DNA of 64,000 bases, taken from positions 9,119 to 73,118 of the forward strand of contig JAVYLC010000001.1 of assembly GCA_038741355.1 (NCBI GenBank), given 5' to 3'. This document shows, piece after piece, positions 20,065 to 29,662 of this stretch; the stretch's first letter is position 1; each line of letters starts with the position of its first letter. The translations under genes and the position numbers were made by a program. This stretch comes from Nitrososphaerota archaeon (lineage in GTDB: Archaea; Thermoproteota; Nitrososphaeria_A; Caldarchaeales; Calditenuaceae). Below the pieces are notes generated by a model that searched no databases, was not told the DNA's origin, and saw nothing but the letters and a program-made list of their open reading frames with translations.

Positions 20065-20814
20065 ATGGCTGTATTGGAGCTGAGGGACGTCTGGGCTGGC
20101 ATCGAGGGGAAGACGATACTGAAGGGTGTGAACCTAGTAGTCAGGGAAGGTGAGATTGCCGCTCTCATGGGTCCGAACGGGAGTGGGAAAAGCACGACCG
20201 CGCAGGTCATTATGGGTCACCCGAAATACACCGTCGAGAAAGGTGACATACTGCTTGACGGAGAGAGCATACTCGGCCTCTCACCCGACGCCAGGGCGAA
20301 GCGCGGATTGTTCCTAGCATTCCAGTACCCAGTAGAGATAAGCGGCGTCACTATGGCGAACTTCCTAAGACGGGCCTACCTCTCGGTCCACGGGGAGAGT
20401 ACCAAGAAACTATCGGTCTCAGAGTTCCACAAGCTGCTCACCGATAACTTCAGGCTCCTCCAGATGGATGAGTCTTTCACCAAGAGATACTTGAATGAGG
20501 GTTTCTCGGGTGGTGAGAAGAAGAGGAGCGAGATTGTCCAGCTCGCAACACTGAATCCACGTATCGCAATACTCGACGAGACGGATTCAGGCCTCGACAT
20601 AGACAGCGTAAAGATAGTGGCTGACGCTATCAAGAAGATAAACGAGGATAAGGGGACAGGCTTCCTAGTCATCACCCACTATGCGCGGATACTGAACTAT
20701 CTGAGGCCGGACGTAGTTCATGTCATGCATGATGGGAGGATAATAGCGTCTGGGGGCTTCGAACTGGCTGAGGAGCTTGAGAGGAAGGGATACGCGGCCC
20801 TTAACACCACCTAA
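20065..20814 (+). CDS. sufC: Fe-S cluster assembly ATPase SufC
   Basis: GPNGSGKST, IMGHPKY, LNEGFSGGEKKR, ILDETDSGLD; start at MAVLELRDV. Confidence 0.85.
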   Translation: MAVLELRDVWAGIEGKTILKGVNLVVREGEIAALMGPNGSGKSTTAQVIMGHPKYTVEKGDILLDGESILGLSPDARAKRGLFLAFQYPVEISGVTMANFLRRAYLSVHGESTKKLSVSEFHKLLTDNFRLLQMDESFTKRYLNEGFSGGEKKRSEIVQLATLNPRIAILDETDSGLDIDSVKIVADAIKKINEDKGTGFLVITHYARILNYLRPDVVHVMHDGRIIASGGFELAEELERKGYAALNTT

Positions 20815-21569
20815 CGGGAATTCGCGTCACCCCTCAGATATCTTATAACCTCTTCGTCGGTCACTTGCGCGAAGTTATCGTAGAACTCGCCTACAGCGTA
20901 GAACTCCTCCTCAACATATGGGCAGACAACCTCATCTACGAGTGGTCTAAGCTTAGAGGCTGCTGTGGTAGATGCCACAGGAGCCGAGGCTATTAGTCTC
21001 GAAGGCTTCATCTTCTTGATTGATTGGACTGCCGCCACCATCGTTGTACCTGTGGCCAGGCCGTCATCGATGATGGCTACAGCCTTCCCAGCCGCGTCTA
21101 TGAACCCCCTCCCACCTCTATAACTCTCCGCCCGCTTCCGGAGGACAGGCACCTGCTCTGAGGCCCGCTTCAATATCTCCTCCTGCGAAATCCCGTAGAA
21201 TGCCACTACCTCATCCTCCACCGCCACGTCCCCGAACTCTGTGACCGCCGCGGCGGCCAGCTCAGGGTTGAAGGGAGCCCCGATCTTCTTTACGACGATG
21301 ACGTCAAGAGCGCAGCCGAGTCTTCGAGCCACAACGCCCGCAACCACAACTCCGCCCCGCGCAATACCATAAACCACGGAGCCAGGTCCCAGACAGTCCC
21401 TTAACCCTTCGGCAAGCCTTAGGCCCGCATCGACCCTATCACGGTAAATAACTCTTTCAGATATCGGGGAACCATTCACAAGGCTGAATATTTTTGGAGG
21501 GCTTGAAGGATTGATCGGTATTAGGGGGCTGTTGACGTGGATGCTCATATCGTCATTTATCTCGGGCAT
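20811..21569 (-). CDS. phosphoribosyltransferase-family protein
   Basis: VVYGIARGGVVVAG and VAIIDDGLATGTTM PRPP-binding motif; start uncertain (21569, 21548 or 21650). Confidence 0.65.
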   Translation of the reverse strand: MPEINDDMSIHVNSPLIPINPSSPPKIFSLVNGSPISERVIYRDRVDAGLRLAEGLRDCLGPGSVVYGIARGGVVVAGVVARRLGCALDVIVVKKIGAPFNPELAAAAVTEFGDVAVEDEVVAFYGISQEEILKRASEQVPVLRKRAESYRGGRGFIDAAGKAVAIIDDGLATGTTMVAAVQSIKKMKPSRLIASAPVASTTAASKLRPLVDEVVCPYVEEEFYAVGEFYDNFAQVTDEEVIRYLRGDANSR

Positions 21570-21710
21570 GCTGACTAGGTATGGTAGTAGCCCCCCGTTA
21601 AAAAGAATCTTTTTTATTACGCCTAAAACAACCTGAGATGAGAGCCACAATATCCATCCAACCAGAAGAAGCCTCCCAGCCTTTAAATATAACCTTTATC
21701 CGGACACTAT

Positions 21711-21835
21711 CTTCTTTGAAGAAGGGAGAAATAGGGGAAGGTTTGGCTGGGGGCAACCAACCAGAACAACATCAAGGAAACCCATAAGAAAGGCCGGACG
21801 TAGTTATTTACGGCCGTATCCCATAGGATATGGTA
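21711..21835 (+). repeat. 125-nt repeated intergenic element, copy A (uninterrupted)
   Basis: About 90 percent identical by eye to 38034-38159; preceded by ctttaaatat (21681-21690); contains hairpin ccgtatcc-cata-ggatatgg. Confidence 0.8.
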
Positions 21836-21997
21836 CTCTCAAACCCTCCGCCCCGAAACCGAGACGGCGCAGGTGGCATTTACACGTTTACAGCGACGGC
21901 TCTCTCCTTCCCCGTCATACAATATGTTCAGTCTAAGATGGCTATTGTCGAGAAATAAGATAAGGCTAATATATTGGCAGTCCACCTTGCGGCTGAG

Positions 21998-22552
21998 ATG
22001 CTGGGCACTGGATGGGGTGCGGTATTGCTTCTGCTCTACCTTACCTCACCCTTCCTAGTCGTCTTCACACTACTCCTGCTGCTGGCTTTCAGGAGGGGTA
22101 GAGGCGTGGTGAGCGCGGGGCTGAGAGAGAGGACTGCTCGAGCGGTGGAGGTCGCCTGGCTAATAGGGGTAGGTATAGCTTGGACAGCCATCAACTTGGT
22201 CAGCATTCCTTGGGTTCCATGGCTCCAGCCACTATCCATTACTCCTACTGCGTCTTCCTCAGAGCCTGTGCAGATCGTCAACGTTGAAGCCTTCATGTGG
22301 GGATACACACTTGACACCTACGAGGTCAAGCCTGGAGCAGTAAAATTTGTTGCCGTCAGTCACGATACTATTCACTCACTTGCAATTTACTCGCCGCGAG
22401 GTGAGGTGCTTACGACGGTAATGATTATGCCTGGCATGAGAGAGGAACTGGTCCTATATCTGGGGGAACAGGGGGAGTATACAATCAGGTGTCTGGAGTT
22501 TTGCGGCGATGGCCACTCAGCGATGCTCTCAAAGTTCAAGGTGATAGGGTGA
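21998..22552 (+). CDS. haem-copper oxidase subunit II (CuA cupredoxin)
   Basis: TM N-terminus; CuA site H..CLEFCGDGHSAM; TATA-like aatatatt just upstream suggests a leaderless ATG at 21998. Confidence 0.8.
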   Translation: MLGTGWGAVLLLLYLTSPFLVVFTLLLLLAFRRGRGVVSAGLRERTARAVEVAWLIGVGIAWTAINLVSIPWVPWLQPLSITPTASSSEPVQIVNVEAFMWGYTLDTYEVKPGAVKFVAVSHDTIHSLAIYSPRGEVLTTVMIMPGMREELVLYLGEQGEYTIRCLEFCGDGHSAMLSKFKVIG

Positions 22553-22553
22553 A

Positions 22554-24043
22554 ATGGCCTCGCATATTAGGCTTGAAGACTTAACGCGTTATCCTAGGTT
22601 GATGGTTCTTTCCTCAGTTGCCTGGTTTTTCGCAGGCGGGATAGCAGGCCTGGCAATGGTGATCGCGCACCTGTCAGGCGTACTTGGTGTCCCGGACTAT
22701 AATACTCTCCTCACATTCCATGGGGTAGCAATGCCTTTCGGTGGCTTGTTCCAGCTCATGATGGGTCTCTCCCTTTTGAGGGCGGGCGCCTGCTACGGCA
22801 AATCTGTCAGGGGGGTTCTCATAAGGGCCTCGTATCTCATTCTCAACTTTGGAATGATTCTATTACTTGTAGGCATATTCGCGTTTAAAGTGAGGACAAG
22901 CTATACACTGATGTTTCCACTCCCGGCTGCAGGTGCTTTGAAGGGTCTCTGGAGGGTCTAGCCATATTTGTGTGGGGCATCATCATGGTCCTTGTAGTCA
23001 TCATTACCCTATACCCTGCGGCGCTCGCGAGAATAATATTCGGCGGAAAGACCCAAGAGGCCCTCGTGCTGGAGAGGTTCGTGGGAACGCTTAACCCCTC
23101 AGGGATGGCGGGTATGCTCCCCTACATCTTCGTCATTCCCCCACTCGGCTCCGCCATCGCCATCGGCGCGGCGGCAATCGGCCTCGCACTTCTAGGCACA
23201 ATCCCCCTGAGCTCGGTAGGCTGGGCCCTACAGCCCCTAAACTTCAACTACCCATTCTGGATCTGGGCTCACAACCTCATGGAGGCGATGGGCATTATGG
23301 CGCTAGGCACAGTATACTGGCTCATTCCCCGCTACACCGCGGCGCTGAGAAGTTCTGAGAAAGTGGAGCCAAGGCTCTACAGCGAGAAGCTAGGGATCCT
23401 AGCGATAGTGTTATACTCAACTGCAGCAGTCATAGCCTTCCCACACCACCTCTTCACCATGCCCACATCACAGCCAGTAGGGCTCAGCTACACGGGCCAG
23501 GTAGCCAGCTGGTTGACAGGCTTCGGGGCCGCCTTCTCCGTCTTTAACGTGCTAGCAACTGCATATGCTTTCGGGCTAAGGCTGACACCCGCCTCCCTAG
23601 CGGCCATGCTCGGGTTTGCAGTCTACATAGTAGACGGCTTTCTCGCAATGCAGCTGGGGACAATTGGCTGGGCTTACAGGCTCCACGGAACCTATGCGGT
23701 AACTGCCCACCTAATGACGTTACTCCTCGCAGTATCCCTGATCTGGATAGGCGCCCTCTACCACAGCTACAGACTCCTCTTCGGAACAGAAGTGAACAAG
23801 AAGCTGGCATACATCCACATAATACTGACAGCTGTGACGGCGCTAGGCCTATTCTACTTCATGGCCTTCATGGGCGGTGCCGGAGCACCGAGAAGAGCCT
23901 ACCCACTCCCAATACCCAGCGATACTGGTGTATTGGGCCTTGTAGGCTTCGGGGTACTCCTAGCAGCGGCCCAGGCCATATTCTTAGCCCAGCTCTTCAA
24001 GTCCCTGAGTAAGCCGCATCAGGACATAGGTGATACGGTCTAA
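22554..24043 (+). pseudogene. haem-copper oxidase subunit I, split into two frames
   Basis: ORF 22554-22961 carries the N-terminal TFHGVAMPFG (haem ligand) region; ORF 22970-24043 (other frame) carries WIWAHN (CuB His), FPHHLF (CuB His-His), LHGTYAVTAHLM (haem ligands). Second frame is open from 22889. Confidence 0.75.
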
Positions 24044-24051
24044 ACCCCTCC

Positions 24052-25341
24052 CTATCCACCCAGGCTATGCATCATATGGAGTGTCATTACTATGCCGCTC
24101 AGGTAGAGGGCCGAGGTTACTATTGTTACTAGTGGCACGCCCGGCGACCCTGCTATAAACCATACAATCCTCAACACGTTGCCAGAGTTGAGAAGGGCTG
24201 CAGGATAGAGTGTGAGGCCAGTATAGGGCATTCTCGCCGACATGAGGCTGGGCATCAAGATTGGCGAGTATGCGAGGATCATGTTGCCTACAAACCCGAC
24301 GGCTACGGAGTGTATGTATGCGTCCCTGAGGCTGAACCACAGTGGATGCGCCAGCAGCAAGCTGGCCGAGTTCAGCACCGCTAGGACACACCCTACTAGG
24401 AGCCATATCGAGGCAGCCCTATACAGAGCCGAGAAGTAGAGATACCTGACCCTATCCCTCTCCCTCATCCTAGCGTACTGCTCGCCCGACTTGACCCGTC
24501 TGAGGGCGTCGACAGAAAGCATCCAGACAGCAGATGCTAGGAGATAACCTAGGGATGCGGCCAGCTCCAGAGCCCCACTGCGAAGTAACACAGCAGCATA
24601 AGCAGCTGAAGAGGATGCGACATGAAGAGGCGTGAGGAGCCACCAAGCCCTCCTCCTCAACCTAATGTTCACCCGGAAGTGGACCGTCTTTATTCCAACA
24701 CCCATCACCATTCCAGCCGGCGTCCCAAGGAGGAGTAGCAACGGCAGGCCAGGCCTGCCGAAGACATAGACACCATCGAGCTCCGCGAACATGGTCAAGG
24801 CTAGGGTGAGAGGCATAAGAATCATCGACGACGATATGAGGGGGTCGGCTGCAGCTAGTGGGCCCGACGGCCTACCCAGCACCCTCACAGAGTAAATAGC
24901 AGCAGAGGAAGCGCCGGCCACTGCGGCCAAGTAGCCGAGAAGCCAGACCATGTTGCCCGGCTCCGCAAAGGCAGAGAGCAACACGCCCAAAGACATGGCG
25001 ATCGGTGAAGAGATTCTGAGGCGGAGGTAGCTCGTGTGCTCCTCATTCCTGAAGCGCTGGGCAAGGACCATAGCCACGGAGGCGATGAACACGTAGACGA
25101 ATCCGAAGAGCATGAGTTTGGGGTGAGACAAAACTGAGGGTGTGAAGGGTAGGAGGCCCGAAAGCGAGAGAAGCCACACCGCGCCCATAACAGCCCCCAG
25201 AACACCGCTAACCGTCGCCAAAGCCGCACCAGGTATGAGTACGAGCCGGGCAGACCGGAGCCTCGCCCCCAAGACCGCCAACCAGATCTCAGGCGTCAAA
25301 ATAAATCTCAACCAATCCCCGCATAATTCAATGCTCTCCAT
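24052..25341 (-). CDS. polytopic membrane protein, NnrS-like (tentative)
   Basis: More than 10 TM segments with SHPKLMLFGF and IHSVAVGFVGNM motifs reminiscent of NnrS; convergent with (tail-to-tail, immediately downstream of) the oxidase genes. Confidence 0.4.
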   Translation of the reverse strand: MESIELCGDWLRFILTPEIWLAVLGARLRSARLVLIPGAALATVSGVLGAVMGAVWLLSLSGLLPFTPSVLSHPKLMLFGFVYVFIASVAMVLAQRFRNEEHTSYLRLRISSPIAMSLGVLLSAFAEPGNMVWLLGYLAAVAGASSAAIYSVRVLGRPSGPLAAADPLISSSMILMPLTLALTMFAELDGVYVFGRPGLPLLLLLGTPAGMVMGVGIKTVHFRVNIRLRRRAWWLLTPLHVASSSAAYAAVLLRSGALELAASLGYLLASAVWMLSVDALRRVKSGEQYARMRERDRVRYLYFSALYRAASIWLLVGCVLAVLNSASLLLAHPLWFSLRDAYIHSVAVGFVGNMILAYSPILMPSLMSARMPYTGLTLYPAALLNSGNVLRIVWFIAGSPGVPLVTIVTSALYLSGIVMTLHMMHSLGG

Positions 25342-25430
25342 GGAAATCTCAGCTAAGCATTGTTTAGCGCGGAAGAATGTGCCGGCTACTCTTATAAGCG
25401 CCTCTGTGCCTCTCACGTAGAGGTGTCCTT

Positions 25431-26690
25431 ATGTGTGATATCCTCGTAGCAGCGCCAAAGGCGACTAGGGAGACAGTGATGCTGTTCGCAAAAAACTCTG
25501 ACAGAGATCCTAACGAGGCACAGGTCCTAGAGCTAATCCCTAGGCAGAGGCACGAGGAGGGTGAGGTCAAGCTAACCTATGTCAAGTTCCCACAAGTAAA
25601 GGAAACGTATTCTGTAATTATCTCGCGCCCCTGGTGGACCTGGGGGGCTGAAATGGGTGTAAACGAGTTCGCCCTAGCTATAGGGAACACAGCTATCTTT
25701 AGTAGAGAGAGGCTTCCCGAGAAGGGGATTCTCGGCATGGATATTGTTAGGCTGGCTCTGGAGCGCTCTAGAAACTCTGAAGAGGCTTTAAAACTCATAA
25801 CAAGTATCGTAGAGGATCAGGGCGGGAGTGGTAGCTGCGAGCACAGGCTCATCTACAGCAACTCCTTCATCATCGCAGACCCAAAGGAGGCTTGGGTGTT
25901 GGAGACGGCTGGCCGGCATTGGGCCGCAAAGAAAATTGAGAGCGTATATTCCATATCGAACGCGCTCACAATAGAAGATGACTGGGACCTAGCCTCCGAC
26001 AGTGTTGAGAGCCTTGCGAGGGAGCGTGGCTTCAGCTTCTCCAAACACTTCTCAGACAGATTTTATACGTATTTCGCCCACGGGAGGGATAGGCGAGCCT
26101 ACACATACAGGAAGCTGAGGGAAAGAGAGGGAGACATAACACTCGAATACATGATGGACATACTTCGGGCCCACTCCTTCGAGCCCTATTTGCCACACAA
26201 GGGGTCGATGAGGGATGTCTGTATGCATTACGGCGGATTGACGAGGCCGAGCCAGACCTCCTCATCCCAAGTATCCGAGCTTGGCGAGCCAGGGATCCAC
26301 TGGTTCACCGGAACGTCACTACCCTGCCTCAGTATATTCAAGCCACTAACTTTCGATACTGAGCTACCCTCAATGGGAGCGAAGCCCACAAACAAATACG
26401 ATCCCAACAACTATTGGTGGAGGGTTGAGCGCTTCCACAGAAGATTCCAAACCTGCTATTCCAACATACACCAGTTCTCGATGGAGAGGGATGAGCTGCA
26501 AAGAATGGTGCTGGAGGCTGTCCAAGAATTTAGGGGAGGCCCTGACCTCTCAACACCGCTTAGACTCGCCTTTGAGAAGGAGAGGGAGCTGATGGAAAGG
26601 TGGGATAAACTGATAACCCCCGCCAGACAGCCCTTCCCATACAATATCCGGTGGCGAAAAGTCAACAAACTGGCCCAGATAGTACTCTAG
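25431..26690 (+). CDS. C69-family (secernin-like) Ntn-hydrolase dipeptidase
   Basis: MCDILVA.. with Cys2 nucleophile, FAKNSDRDPNEAQ motif. Confidence 0.75.
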   Translation: MCDILVAAPKATRETVMLFAKNSDRDPNEAQVLELIPRQRHEEGEVKLTYVKFPQVKETYSVIISRPWWTWGAEMGVNEFALAIGNTAIFSRERLPEKGILGMDIVRLALERSRNSEEALKLITSIVEDQGGSGSCEHRLIYSNSFIIADPKEAWVLETAGRHWAAKKIESVYSISNALTIEDDWDLASDSVESLARERGFSFSKHFSDRFYTYFAHGRDRRAYTYRKLREREGDITLEYMMDILRAHSFEPYLPHKGSMRDVCMHYGGLTRPSQTSSSQVSELGEPGIHWFTGTSLPCLSIFKPLTFDTELPSMGAKPTNKYDPNNYWWRVERFHRRFQTCYSNIHQFSMERDELQRMVLEAVQEFRGGPDLSTPLRLAFEKERELMERWDKLITPARQPFPYNIRWRKVNKLAQIVL

Positions 26691-26761
26691 CCCACAAACA
26701 CCTCCTTCTTTAAGACATGGAGCCAAACCGGCTTAGCCTGTACCAAGTGTTCAGTGGCTTC

Positions 26762-28060
26762 TCAACCAGGACCTTCCCTAAGTTTTTCAGCCCTCTCCCT
26801 CATCAACCTCCTCAACTCTCTGATATCTCTTGGTATCACTAGTGCAAGGATGGTGAAGAAGACTCCACAAACAATCCATGTAGAAGCGGAGATATAGAGT
26901 ATCCCAAACCCGAGGCCGTACCTGTCAGCCAGGTACCCTGCTATAAGTGGGGCTGTTGATGAGCCGGCAGACTCGAATATCGCGAGGAGGGAGTATGCCG
27001 AACTCCTCGCCTCGGGCTGTGTTACGTCTGTGACGGATGCCGCTACGTTTGGACCTGCCATGGGGAGGATGAATGATGTGACCGCTCCCAAAGCTATGAA
27101 CCCACTGACATCTTCAACGGGCCATGTCAATGTGATGTAGATGGTTAGTGCGGATAGGAACACGACTACAGCACCAACTACAGCGCGCCCGCTAGGTATC
27201 CTTGAAAAAAGGGCGTCGCCGATAGCCCCTCCGGCAAAATTACCGAAGATCATTATAACCAGCCAGATGAACATTGCTAAGAGTGCCATCACTTCGTCGA
27301 ACATTCTCTCCCTCAACATGTATGTGAAAATCCAGGCTTGGAGCGTTGTCCAGGGAAATACGCCAAAGAAGCCCTGCAGGCTGAGGAATAGCATGGACGG
27401 CTTCTTAAGCGGGCCGAATATTTCTCTAAACCTTATTCTGTATAGCTCCTCCTTTATTGTCAGGCCTGAGAGCTCAGGCTCTGAGCCTCCCCTCGGAACA
27501 TCCTTTACAGCAAGGTATACAACCATTGCAGTCAATATGCCTAGGCCCCCGGTTATCAGGAAGAGGAACCTCCAACCATACGCGTAGCCTACCAAGACTC
27601 CAAGGACTGTCCCTACTAATGCCCCGGTTGCACCCGTTGCTCCGATAAGCCCTAGGGGCTTACCCCTTTTCTTCGGTGGGAAGTAGTCGCCTATCAGACT
27701 CTCAATGCCGGATGGAGGTGTATTGTCTATCCCCGTCAATGTCCTTGTTATAAAGAATTCTGTGAAGCTTCGTGGCAGTGTATTAAGCCATGTAGTGAAT
27801 CCCCATATGATGCCTGCGATGGTTATCAGGAGCCTCCTCGAATACCTGTCAAAGAGATATCCCCAGACAGGGAAGAGAGATACGGATAAGACCGTGGTAG
27901 CCGTAATTAGCGCGCCGCCGTAAACATAGGTGATCTGGAACTCATCCAAGATTTGGGGGAAGACGACCGAGATGACATAGATGTCGGCTACGTGGAGGGA
28001 TTGGAAGAGGAATAAGATTATCGCTACAAACCAAGCATATTTTAAAGAGTGTGGAGACAT
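26762..28060 (-). CDS. MFS transporter
   Basis: 432 aa, 12 TM pattern, GYLFDRYSRR loop 2-3 motif. Confidence 0.75.
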   Translation of the reverse strand: MSPHSLKYAWFVAIILFLFQSLHVADIYVISVVFPQILDEFQITYVYGGALITATTVLSVSLFPVWGYLFDRYSRRLLITIAGIIWGFTTWLNTLPRSFTEFFITRTLTGIDNTPPSGIESLIGDYFPPKKRGKPLGLIGATGATGALVGTVLGVLVGYAYGWRFLFLITGGLGILTAMVVYLAVKDVPRGGSEPELSGLTIKEELYRIRFREIFGPLKKPSMLFLSLQGFFGVFPWTTLQAWIFTYMLRERMFDEVMALLAMFIWLVIMIFGNFAGGAIGDALFSRIPSGRAVVGAVVVFLSALTIYITLTWPVEDVSGFIALGAVTSFILPMAGPNVAASVTDVTQPEARSSAYSLLAIFESAGSSTAPLIAGYLADRYGLGFGILYISASTWIVCGVFFTILALVIPRDIRELRRLMRERAEKLREGPG

Positions 28061-28210
28061 GGGCGGCCATAGAGCACCTAAAGTCCCCTATAAGACTTAT
28101 CTGACAGCAATCGGACAAGGCATTGGAGCATTGGCATTTTTGGGCTGTGAGACAGTACACCGTGTCCTCTCTTACGTTGTAGAAAACTCTTGGATGATTA
28201 TAGCCAAATA

Positions 28211-28558
28211 GGCGAGAAGCTGGTTTCAAGCTGGCGGAAAGCTGCCTGTCCACAGGGGGCGTGCGGCCCATAGCCCTCCTTCTGTTTTAGGCGGGATTGG
28301 TCTTCTCGGTTCTCCGCGGGCCTCGCCGGTGCGCCTCATAGGCCCGGCGCGCCTTTCCCCGTCAGGGTCGCCCGTTTCATCCATTCTCCACCACTTGTCG
28401 CCCCCTTGGTTTGGTGGGTCATACTCATTCGTGGTGGAGGGGTTTCGTTTCTGTGGCGTTGCCGCGGGTCTCCCCGCCCACCTCGCGGTGGCTGACTGCA
28501 CCGGTTGGGGGGAGGAACTTCCTCGGGAGCTCCCCGTGACCCGCCCAGCCGCTCGCCC
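28211..28558 (-). ncRNA. rnpB: RNase P RNA (type-A-like, about 350 nt)
   Basis: Minus-strand RNA contains CGAGGAAGUUCCUCC (CR-I-like), GCAACGCCACAGAAACGAAACC, GGAUGAAACGGG and AACAGAAGGAGGGCUAUGG (CR-V-like). 5' GGCGAG..GCUGG..GCGG pairs with 3' CCGC..CCAGC..CUCGCC (P1). No credible ORF. Confidence 0.75.
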
Positions 28559-28586
28559 CCAATAAAGAAGGTGTGGGGGGATGGGT

Positions 28587-29516
28587 TTATTCCTTGTTTT
28601 TGAGAAGTGTGGCAGGGGGGTCACAGGATAGCCCGCTTAGAGATATTGTCGTCTCGGACTTTTGGCGTGTTTGGGGCTGGGCGGCGGCCTCGGCCTTCTT
28701 GGCCACAGGCACACTTCTGATTCTCGCCACGATCTCTGCCATGATAGAAAGGGCTATCTCCGTCGGCATCTTCGCGCCTATATCGATACCCGCAGGCGTG
28801 CTTATCCTTGCTATGAACTCCTCGCGTACACCCTTCTCCCTGAGGAGCTCTAGGTCTCGAAGAGCCCTCTTCCTACTGGCCATCAACCCCAAATAGAGTG
28901 GAGTCTTCCCCGCGATGGCCTCAAGGACCTTAACATCCCTCTCTCCCTTAGTCAGGACTACGACACAGTCCCGGGGCCCTATATCGAGCTTGGAGAGGTC
29001 GAAGTCTATATCCGATATCAACTTGTCAGGCTCTGCCTCCAGCATAGGCATAGGGTCTATGACCCAGACCTCGAAGCCTAGAATCTTCCCAATCCTGACT
29101 AGGGCCTCCTCCACATCGTCCTTACCGCCCTGGCCTATAATGAATAGACGCCTCGCAGGGGTGATCGGGTCGACAAAAATCTCCATAGTGCCTCCGCAGA
29201 AGGTCTCGACGAATATCTCATCCCTGCTACCCGAGGTGGCCATACCTCTCACCGCCTCCTCCGTGCTCTCGAGATGCACCTTAACCAGCCTCGGCTCCTC
29301 CTCCCTTATACACTCTAGCGCCACAGAGATGATGGGGCCTTCCGGACAGACTCCACCCAAAGTACCATAGACGATCTCGCCCCTATCATCAACCACCATT
29401 TTAAACCCTGGCTTACCGAGGCTCGAGCCGGAGACCCGGACAACTGTTGCGACTGCATAAGGGCGTCTCTCAGCCTCCAGCCTAGAGATCGCCTCAGCCA
29501 GAGACCTGTATGGCAT
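28587..29516 (-). CDS. XdhC/CoxI-family molybdoenzyme maturation protein
   Basis: N-terminal YAVATVVRVSGSSLGKPGFKM and Rossmann-like RLFIIGQGG..VWVIDP; ATG 29516. Confidence 0.75.
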   Translation of the reverse strand: MPYRSLAEAISRLEAERRPYAVATVVRVSGSSLGKPGFKMVVDDRGEIVYGTLGGVCPEGPIISVALECIREEEPRLVKVHLESTEEAVRGMATSGSRDEIFVETFCGGTMEIFVDPITPARRLFIIGQGGKDDVEEALVRIGKILGFEVWVIDPMPMLEAEPDKLISDIDFDLSKLDIGPRDCVVVLTKGERDVKVLEAIAGKTPLYLGLMASRKRALRDLELLREKGVREEFIARISTPAGIDIGAKMPTEIALSIMAEIVARIRSVPVAKKAEAAAQPQTRQKSETTISLSGLSCDPPATLLKNKE

Positions 29517-29662
29517 TTTAATCCACTCACTAAAACAGCCCGCGATATATATGACTTCCAGCTTCACAACGGTTGTGTAGGTGCTTCGTCCCAACAGCCC
29601 TTTTACCGGTTAATTATGGTGGATAAAGGTTATCTATTAGTAGAATTACTCGATTCCAGAAG

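Noticed and set aside
28226-28624. 132-aa minus-strand ORF and 78-aa plus-strand ORF (28329-28565)
   Set aside because: They overlap the RNase P RNA gene and have low-complexity Pro/Arg/Gly composition.
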